Under the pieces are notes generated by a model, which was not told the DNA's origin, did not search any database, and worked only from the letters and a program-made list of their open reading frames with translations. From positions 23,227-87,226 of the forward strand of contig CAWDXA010000011.1 of assembly GCA_963806175.1 (NCBI GenBank): a DNA stretch of 64,000 nt, given 5' to 3'. Positions 57,356 to 64,000 of this stretch are shown one piece after another; position 1 is the stretch's first letter, and each line of letters starts with the position of its first letter. This stretch comes from an uncultured Chloroflexia bacterium (lineage in GTDB: Bacteria; Chloroflexota; Limnocylindria; Limnocylindrales; CSP1-4). The position numbers and the translations under genes are program-made.

Positions 57356-58427
57356 TCAGACGTCTTCGACCTGGTGCAGCGGCTGGCGCAGCTCGACCGG
57401 GTCGCCGAGCCACGACGTTGCGGGGGTGGCCCAGTAGCGAGCCATCGCCTCGAGGCGGACGGCGTACGTCCCGCGCGCGGCCTCGAACAGCGGCCAGGCG
57501 ACGTCCTCGGGGACCAGCCGGTAGCCGGCCTCGCGCAGGCGGTAGCAGGCGGCCTCGAAGTCCGCGCGCTCGCAGGCCCCCGGCTTCGCCGACCCGGAAC
57601 CCGAGGTTGTAGATGTCCTCGACGAGGTGCGTGCCGACACGCTTGAACAGCTTCGCCTCACCGCGGGGCACGTCCTCGATCGTCGTCAGGACCAGGCTGG
57701 CCGCGTCGAGGACGGTTCCCAGCGCGCTGATCCAGGAGAGGCTGTCGTGGCTGGAACGGAAGAACCCGAGCAGGGGATAGGCGATGTGCGAGTCCAGGAC
57801 CTCGGCCGCCCAGCGCTGCCAGTCGTCGAACAGTCTTGGCAGCCGGTCGACCAGGTCGAGCTGGGCGTACGTCTCGAGCAGGGCCACGGCGGACGGGGGC
57901 CCGCCGGCAGCCGCCTGCAGCTTCACGACCTCGATCTCGCGTCGCTGGTAGGAGCCGTACAGCGAGAACAGGAAGGTCACCACGAGCGCGACCGCGCCGA
58001 GCCCGCCGACGGCGGCCGTCGTGACGATGACGCGAGCCGGCGTGCCGGTCGCGACGATGTCGCCGAAGCCGATCGTCAGGAGCGAGGTCGCCGCGAAGTA
58101 GATCGTCGTGCCGAGGTCGGCCGGAACCGGCTGGAGCTCGTCCCTGATCGCCCACAGGATCAGCCCGTAGCCGACGACGAGCGCGATCAGCCAGGTGGCC
58201 AGCAGGGCGACCGTGATCGCCGGTGCGAACAGCCCGAGGATCGTGTCGTAGGTGCGCCGGCGTCTGCCGTCACGGACCGTCCGGATGACACGCCACGAGC
58301 CGCGGACGAGATACCGCGCGATGCGGAACCAGCCGGGCGTCGGGCGCGGGACCACCACGGTCTCGAACAGGTCCCAGAACGTGAGCGCCAGCAGGAGGAC
58401 GCCCAGGACGAAGGCGATCGGTTCCAT
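57356..58427 (-). CDS. two-TM potassium-channel-family protein with C-terminal cytoplasmic domain; apparent frameshift near 57600 (G5 run)
   Basis: Start MEPIAFVLGVLLLALT; pore/selectivity TIGFGDIV; C-terminal 80 aa (..GSAKPGACERADFEAACYRLREAGYRL..) continue in ORF 57356..57661 frame while original frame decays into Arg/Pro junk. Confidence 0.6.
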
Positions 58428-58569
58428 GAGCCACGGATCATCCCACGTCGGGTGCCCGGCACGCCGATCCCGGAATGCGCACGCCGGCCTTTGCCGGGTC
58501 ACCGAGCGTATGCTTGAGTGCGCCTGGTCCGCGGGTGGGCCGGCCACCCGGCCGGCAGGGAGTCCTCAG

Positions 58570-59040
58570 ATGAGCGTCAACCAGCAACCGTTCCCGCCAG
58601 CAACAGACCCCGAGCGCTGGGTTCGGATGCGCCGCCGCCTGGATGCCCCGCCGGATCGCGTCTACCGGACCTGGACCGACCCCGAGGAGCTGGCACGCTG
58701 GTTCCCCGAGCGCATCGAGGGTGGGCTGGCCGTTGGATCGCGCTCGGCGCTCGTCTGGTCGGACCGCCGGGTCTGGTGGGACGTGACCCAGGCCTCACCC
58801 AACCGGATCTTCGCCTTCCGCCGGGCCTGGCTGCCGGACGAGCGTCTCGTTACCGCGACGCGGATCACGATCGATCCGGCCGGCTACGGCAGCCGGCTCG
58901 AGCTCGAGGACGGCCCGTTCCCGCTGGGCGTCCCCGGCGCGATCGAGGCCTGGGCCGAGGCGATCGAAACCTGGAGCGACGCCCTGGCGAAGCTTCGCGC
59001 CCACGTCGACTTCAGCGTCGACATCCGCCCGCGCGACTAG
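58570..59040 (+). CDS. SRPBCC-superfamily protein (AHSA1/Activator-of-Hsp90-ATPase-like)
   Basis: 156 aa; ..PPDRVYRTWTDPEELARWFPERIEG.. Confidence 0.7.
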   Translation: MSVNQQPFPPATDPERWVRMRRRLDAPPDRVYRTWTDPEELARWFPERIEGGLAVGSRSALVWSDRRVWWDVTQASPNRIFAFRRAWLPDERLVTATRITIDPAGYGSRLELEDGPFPLGVPGAIEAWAEAIETWSDALAKLRAHVDFSVDIRPRD

Positions 59041-59055
59041 CAGTTCCCGCCGGGC

Positions 59056-59859
59056 CTACGCGACGAGGTCGCGCTTCCGGAAGATCCAGACGGCAAGTGC
59101 CCAGGTCGCGATGGCGATCGCCCCGAACAGTGCCATCGGACCCAGCGGCAGGACGCCCTGATCGATCGCGGACGTCGTGCGCAGGTAGCGGAAGACGCTG
59201 GCCGTACCCAGCCACTCCAGGTCGGCCTGGATCCTGGACACCGCGTCGAGCAGGTACATCGCCAGCAGGCCGCCGGCCACGACCCCCGCCGTGATGGGCC
59301 GGCTCAGCGTGATCACCGACAGCAGCGTCGCGACACCCGCCAGCGCGCACGCGAACAGGAAGAGGAGCGGCACCTCCATCAGGAAGCGGGCGTTATCGAA
59401 CCCGGCGTTGACGAGGGCCCCGACCACGAGCACGCCGGCAATGACCGCGAGCGCCAGGGCGGCCATGACGAGGACCTGACCGGCGATCCCGGTCGCGAGG
59501 TAGCGCGCGCGGTCGATTCGGGTCGCGAGTGGCAGCTCGATGAACCCGCGCTCGAGGTCCGCGGCCACCTGGCGAGTGCCCAGGATCGCGGCGGCGATGG
59601 CGGCCACGATGGGCCAGAGCATGCTGGCGATGTAGGTGTTGAAGAAGATGCCGTACTTCGCCAGCGTCCCTTCCATCCCGAACGCCGCCAGCAAGGGCTT
59701 CGGGAAGACGGCCATGTACTCGTCGAGCAGCTTCGAGTTGTCGCGGATGACCGGGTAGAAGGCCGCGATGAACGCGCCGTACGCGAGGACGATGACGCCG
59801 AGCCAGATGGCCAGCGAGCGGCTGCGCCGCAGCTCCAGCCGGAGCACCGTCCCGATCAT
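59056..59859 (-). CDS. ABC-2 type transporter permease
   Basis: Start MIGTVLRLELRRSRSLAIWLGVIV (ATG overlaps upstream stop, ATGA); 6 TM; ORF-track ORF 59056..60453 upstream extension is Arg-rich junk overlapping ATPase gene. Confidence 0.75.
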   Translation of the reverse strand: MIGTVLRLELRRSRSLAIWLGVIVLAYGAFIAAFYPVIRDNSKLLDEYMAVFPKPLLAAFGMEGTLAKYGIFFNTYIASMLWPIVAAIAAAILGTRQVAADLERGFIELPLATRIDRARYLATGIAGQVLVMAALALAVIAGVLVVGALVNAGFDNARFLMEVPLLFLFACALAGVATLLSVITLSRPITAGVVAGGLLAMYLLDAVSRIQADLEWLGTASVFRYLRTTSAIDQGVLPLGPMALFGAIAIATWALAVWIFRKRDLVA

Positions 59860-60782
59860 CGTGCGTTCCCGGCAGCGGCGGCCATGGTGGGCACGGCATC
59901 GGGGTCCCGGCCCTCGTAGAAGCCCAGGAAGACGTCCTCGATGTCGGGCGTGGCGATGGAGACGTCGCGCACGTCCAGCGTGGCGAGCCGTCGCAGGAGC
60001 TCGTTGACCTCGCCCTGGATCATCAGGTGGACCATCTGGCCGCGGCTGGCGAGGATGCGGACGTTCGGCAGGGCGAACGCATCCGCGGCGGGTGCGCTGC
60101 CGAGGACGAGGTTCACCGCTCGCCAGTGCGACGTCAGCAGGGCCTGGACGGAGGCGACGTCGACCAGCCGGCCGTCGCGGACGATGCCGACCCGATCGCA
60201 GCAGCGTTCCACCTCGGGGAGGTTGTGCGACGACAGGAAGACGGTCTGCCCGGCGGCCCGGGCCTCGGCGACGAGCGTCAGGAACTCGCGTTGCATCACC
60301 GGATCGAGGCCGGAGGTCGGCTCGTCCATGACCAGCAGGCGTTCGTTGCCCATGAACGCCTGGACCACGCCCACCTTCTGCCGGTTGCCCCGCGATAGCT
60401 TGCGGATCGGGACGGTCGGATCGAGCTCGAGACGCTCGGCCAGCCGCCGCCACGCCCCGCTCTGGAGCCCCCGCAGCCGGCCGATCACGTCGAGCTGCTC
60501 GCCGGCCGGCAGGTCCCCCAGGTAGGCGGGCTCGCTGCCGACGAACGCCACGTCGCGGTGGGCGAGCGGGGCTTCGCGCCAGCAGTCCCGTCCGAAGATC
60601 GTGGCCTGCCCGGTCGTGGGACGGAGGAAGCCCATGAGGACGCGGATCGTCGTGGTCTTGCCCGCGCCGTTCGGACCGAGGAAGCCGAAGGCCTCGCCCT
60701 CGGCGACTTCGAAGGTGACGTCGACGACGCCGCGCCGGCGGCCGTAGCTGCGGGTGAGGTGGTCGAGCGTGATCGCCGCCAC
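59856..60782 (-). CDS. ABC transporter ATP-binding protein (ABC-2 exporter type)
   Basis: Walker A GPNGAGKTT, signature LSRGNRQKVGV, Walker B LLVMDEPTSGLD. Confidence 0.85.
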   Translation of the reverse strand: MAAITLDHLTRSYGRRRGVVDVTFEVAEGEAFGFLGPNGAGKTTTIRVLMGFLRPTTGQATIFGRDCWREAPLAHRDVAFVGSEPAYLGDLPAGEQLDVIGRLRGLQSGAWRRLAERLELDPTVPIRKLSRGNRQKVGVVQAFMGNERLLVMDEPTSGLDPVMQREFLTLVAEARAAGQTVFLSSHNLPEVERCCDRVGIVRDGRLVDVASVQALLTSHWRAVNLVLGSAPAADAFALPNVRILASRGQMVHLMIQGEVNELLRRLATLDVRDVSIATPDIEDVFLGFYEGRDPDAVPTMAAAAGNAR

Positions 60783-60960
60783 TGCGTCTCCTTCACGTCA
60801 GGCCCAGTCGGCGACACGAGCGCGGACGGACCGCCAGGCTGATGGTCGGCGTCGGACGCTCGCTTGACGAGTGCCGATCAGCCCATCCGACCGAGGCCGG
60901 TGTTCACGATGCGTACGACCCGGACGGGTGGCGGACCGCGCCACGGGCGACGTGCCGCCG

Positions 60961-61605
60961 CTACTGCCCGTACACCGTGGTGTAGCGACGGTGCAGGCGC
61001 TCGACGGCGTCATCCGGCAGGACCTCGGGCGTCCCGAGCTGGAGCGCGGCGAACACGGTGGCGGCGACGTCCTCGACCATCACCGCGGCCTTGACCGCCG
61101 CGTGGGCCGACGCCCCGATCGTGAACACGCCGTGGTTCTTGAGCAGGATCGCGGGCGACCGTCCGATCCCCTCGACGACCAGCCTGCCGATGGAATCGTC
61201 GCCGATGAAGGCGAAGCCCGCGCACGGGATCTCGCCGCCGAACTCGTCGGCCTGGCCGGTCAGGTGGACGGGGATCGAGCGCCCCACGGCGGCGAACGCC
61301 GTGGCGTACCGCGAATGCGTATGGACCACGCCGTTCACGTCGGCCCGCTGACGGTAGATGTACAGGTGGCTGGCCGTGTCCGACGACGGCTTCAGGTCAC
61401 CTTCGACGATCCGGCCGTCGAGGTCCACGACGACCATGCTCTCCGCCGTCAGCTGCCCGTAGCGGACACCCGACGGCTTGATCGCGACCAGGCCGGACTC
61501 GGGATCGCGCGCGCTGACGTTGCCACCGGTCCACACGACCAGCCCGTTCCGCGGCAGCTCGTCGTGCAGGCCGACCAGCTCGCGGCGAAGCGATTCGAGC
61601 AGCAT
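60961..61605 (-). CDS. araD: L-ribulose-5-phosphate 4-epimerase (class II aldolase/adducin fold)
   Basis: 214 aa; ..VVWTGGNVSARD..AIKPSGV..VVHTHSRYATAFA.. Confidence 0.8.
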   Translation of the reverse strand: MLLESLRRELVGLHDELPRNGLVVWTGGNVSARDPESGLVAIKPSGVRYGQLTAESMVVVDLDGRIVEGDLKPSSDTASHLYIYRQRADVNGVVHTHSRYATAFAAVGRSIPVHLTGQADEFGGEIPCAGFAFIGDDSIGRLVVEGIGRSPAILLKNHGVFTIGASAHAAVKAAVMVEDVAATVFAALQLGTPEVLPDDAVERLHRRYTTVYGQ

Positions 61606-61607
61606 CG

Positions 61608-63350
61608 TCAGGCCTCCACGGGCGCCGGCTCCGGCATCGTCGTCGTCGCGGCGGACGACTCGCTCGAGGCTGACGCAGCGGCCGCCTCACCGCGGATTCG
61701 CCGGAGGGTCTTCATCACGTCGTTCTCGCCCCGCCCGAAGTAGTCGTGCAGCCGCAGGTATTCCCGGTAGAGCTGGTCGTAGACGGCGACGTTCCCGGGG
61801 ATGGGGACATAGGAACGATCCTTCAGCCTTGCCATCGCGCGCGCCGCGTCCTCGACCGTCCGATACCCGCCGGCCTCGGCCCCCGCGGCGACGGCTCCGA
61901 ACATTGCCGCGCCCAGGGCCGGGGTCTGATCGGACGCGCTGAGCTTGAACGGGCGGCCGGTGACGTCGGCGTAGATCTGCATGATCAACGGGCTCTTCTC
62001 GGCCAGCCCGCCGCAGGCCACGATCTCCCGGATCGGCACGCCATGCTCCTCGAACGTCTCGATGATCACTCGCGTCCCGAACGCCGTCGCCTCCACCAGC
62101 GCCCGGTAGATCTCCTCCGGCGTGGTCGCCAGCGTGGCGCCGATCAGCAGGCCACCGAGCTCGGCGTCGACCAGCACGGAGCGGTTGCCGTTCCACCAGT
62201 CCAGCGCGAGCAGGCCGGATTCGCCCGGCCGGAGGCCGGCAGCCTTGTCCTGGAGGAAGCCGTGGATGTCCAGGCCGCGCTCGCGCGCCTCGGCCTGGTA
62301 CGACCCCGGGACGGCATGCTCGACGAACCAGCTGAAGTGGTCGCCGACGCACGACTGGCCGGCCTCGTAGCCGAAGAAGCCCGGGACCACCCCGTCCTCG
62401 ACATAGCCGCACATGCCCGGCACGGCGTGCTCGCCGCGTGACAGGACGACGTGGCACGTCGAGGTGCCCATGATCATGACCATCCGCCCCTCGTCGATGA
62501 CGGTCGCCGCCGGCGTGGCGACGTGCGCATCGACGTTGGCGACGGCCACGGCGGTGCCGGGTCGGAGGCCGGTCCACGCGGCCGCCTCGGCCGAGATCCC
62601 GCCGGCGCGCTCGCCCATGGCGCGGATGTCGCGGCTCATCTTCTCGTCGACCACGTTGGCCAGCCGCGGGTCCAGGGCTCCGAAGTACCGCGAGTCCGGG
62701 AAGCCGTCGCGCTTCGACCACATCGCCTTGTAGCCGGCGGTGCAGGCGTTGCGACTCTCCACGCCGGTCAGCCGCCAGACGACCCAGTCCGCGGCTTCGA
62801 TCAACCGGTCGGCCGCGGCGTACAGCTCGGGCGCCTCGTCCAGGATCTGCAGGGACTTGGCGAAGAACCACTCCGACGAGATCCGCCCGCCGTAGCGATC
62901 GAGCCACGGCTGGCCGGTCGCCCGCGCCACCGCGTTGATCCGATCCGCCTCCGGCTGGGCGGCATGGTGCTTCCAGAGCTTCACCCAGGCATGGGGCGAG
63001 GCCCGGAACTCGGGCACGTCGCAGAGCGGCGTGCCGTCCGCCTTCACCGGCAGCATCGTGCATGCCGTGAAGTCGATGCCCACGCCGACGACGTCGGCCG
63101 GATCGACGCCGCCCTGGCGAAGGACGGCCGGGATGGCCTGCCGGAAGACATCGAGATAGTCGTCGGGGTCCTGGAGCGCCCAGTCCGGCGGGAGCCGCAC
63201 CTCACGATCGGCCAGCGGCAGCCGATCGTCGATGACGCCATTCGCATACGGATGGACCGCGGTGGCCACCTGCCGGCCGTCGGCCACGTCGACCAGGACC
63301 GCGCGTCCGGATTCGGTTCCAAAGTCGACGCCGATCGCGTACGTGGCCAT
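61608..63350 (-). CDS. araB: ribulokinase (FGGY family)
   Basis: 580 aa; MATYAIGVDFGTESGRAVLVD; long FGGY body with AraB-specific length; Ala/Ser-rich C-terminal tail. Confidence 0.85.
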   Translation of the reverse strand: MATYAIGVDFGTESGRAVLVDVADGRQVATAVHPYANGVIDDRLPLADREVRLPPDWALQDPDDYLDVFRQAIPAVLRQGGVDPADVVGVGIDFTACTMLPVKADGTPLCDVPEFRASPHAWVKLWKHHAAQPEADRINAVARATGQPWLDRYGGRISSEWFFAKSLQILDEAPELYAAADRLIEAADWVVWRLTGVESRNACTAGYKAMWSKRDGFPDSRYFGALDPRLANVVDEKMSRDIRAMGERAGGISAEAAAWTGLRPGTAVAVANVDAHVATPAATVIDEGRMVMIMGTSTCHVVLSRGEHAVPGMCGYVEDGVVPGFFGYEAGQSCVGDHFSWFVEHAVPGSYQAEARERGLDIHGFLQDKAAGLRPGESGLLALDWWNGNRSVLVDAELGGLLIGATLATTPEEIYRALVEATAFGTRVIIETFEEHGVPIREIVACGGLAEKSPLIMQIYADVTGRPFKLSASDQTPALGAAMFGAVAAGAEAGGYRTVEDAARAMARLKDRSYVPIPGNVAVYDQLYREYLRLHDYFGRGENDVMKTLRRIRGEAAAASASSESSAATTTMPEPAPVEA

Positions 63351-63528
63351 CTCGCGACTGCTCCTGCCGATCCGACCGGATCGGACCTAGGCATACGACT
63401 GCGCACATGGGGGCGGATCGATACCGCTCAAGCCTAAACGTTCCAGCGACGGCGGACCGGCCATCCCGGCGGCAGGCTTCCCGGACACCCGGCCCGGCCG
63501 GATGAGGCGGTCCTGTTAAGGTGCGGCG

Positions 63529-64000
63529 GTGGCCGCTCAACTCCTCGCCTCGGCGCCAGGCGGATCGCCGCTCGCCCCGGGACCGATCGCCGCTCGGTGG
63601 CTTGGCCGGGTCGACTACCGCGAAACTCATGGCCTGCAGCGCCGCCTGGCCGGCGAACGCGCCGCCGGCACGATCGGCGATCAACTGCTGCTCCTGGAGC
63701 ACCCCCCGGTCCTGACCCTCGGCCGGAACGCCGACCCGGCCCACGTGCTCGCGACACCGGACGAGTTGCGTGCCCGCGGGATCGAGGTGATCCAGGTCGA
63801 GCGCGGCGGAGAGGTCACCTACCACGGCCCCGGCCAGCTCGTGGCCTATCCGATCGTTGGCCTGTCGTCACGCGGCCTCATGATCCGGCCGTTCGTTCGC
63901 GCGCTCGAGGCGGCCCTGGTCGAGACCTGCGCCGCACACGGCGTCGCGGCCGCCAGGCGTGACGGCCATCCGGGCTGCTGGTGCGACCCCGACGGCGACG
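63529..64000 (+). CDS. lipB: lipoyl(octanoyl) transferase, 5' portion (continues beyond window end)
   Basis: GTG start after TAA at 63517; ..RWLGRVDYRETHGLQRRLAGER..LLLLEHPPVLTLGRNADPAHVL..ERGGEVTYHGPGQLVAYPIV. Confidence 0.75.
   Translation, partial: MAAQLLASAPGGSPLAPGPIAARWLGRVDYRETHGLQRRLAGERAAGTIGDQLLLLEHPPVLTLGRNADPAHVLATPDELRARGIEVIQVERGGEVTYHGPGQLVAYPIVGLSSRGLMIRPFVRALEAALVETCAAHGVAAARRDGHPGCWCDPDGD

Noticed and set aside
61687-63437. 458-aa minus-strand alternate frame and 328-aa plus-strand ORF over araB
   Set aside because: The 61608..63350 frame gives a full-length ribulokinase with FGGY N-terminal motif; the others are Arg/Gly junk.

Overview
This is a 64-kb stretch of high-GC (about 70 %) bacterial chromosome. 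The gene content (LLM-class F420-type oxidoreductase, MttB-family methyltransferase, many Ser/Gly/Pro-rich membrane anchors) suggests Actinomycetota or a similar high-GC lineage. No rRNA, CRISPR array, transposase or integrase was seen.

Gene content, left to right:
- 1-6951: a flavin-linked extracytosolic redox cluster (FMN_bind protein, ferric-reductase-like flavocytochrome, tandem-beta-repeat membrane protein, S1 protease, ApbE flavin transferase), flanked by an epimerase and an acyl-CoA synthetase fragment.
- 7012-13536, all on the minus strand: a MacA/MacB-type tripartite ABC efflux module (adaptor with a duplicated coiled coil), a second tandem-beta-repeat protein, and an OmpR-type two-component system.
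- 13681-17409: an orphan MttB-family methyltransferase and an OafA-type acyltransferase.
- 17544-31159: an arabinoxylan-oligosaccharide locus (xylulokinase, beta-propeller protein, LacI regulator, sugar ABC importer, GH3 glycosidase, GH51 arabinofuranosidase), followed by a phosphoglucomutase broken by at least four frameshifts.
- 31216-39491: small regulators and detox-type genes (XRE, AraC HTH plus VOC, two MarR genes with strong palindromic operators), then a divergent pair of nucleotidyl-cyclase-fold genes (MerR-HTH-cyclase and DUF2652-SRPBCC).
- 39503-39578: tRNA-Gly(CCC) on the minus strand.
- 39968-46778: a lower-GC variable, island-like region with a NERD-SF1 helicase fusion, an overlapping DUF4160/DUF2442 pair, a helicase fragment plus a second DUF2442, a double zinc-ribbon protein, an HNH nuclease with an uncharacterised N-domain, and overlapping XRE/HTH-TPR regulators.
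- 46861-64000: a GH130 beta-mannoside locus with LacI and a Dpp-type ABC importer, an LLM oxidoreductase, beta-carbonic anhydrase, K+ channel, SRPBCC protein, ABC-2 exporter, araD-araB, and the start of lipB.

At least eight otherwise well-conserved genes carry single-base frameshifts, several of them at G/C homopolymers. This points to assembly indels and/or pseudogenisation.

The most interesting candidates for uncharacterised systems are the tRNA-adjacent island (helicase/nuclease/DUF4160-DUF2442/zinc-ribbon-HNH), the cyclase-fold gene pair, and the flavinylation-linked redox cluster.
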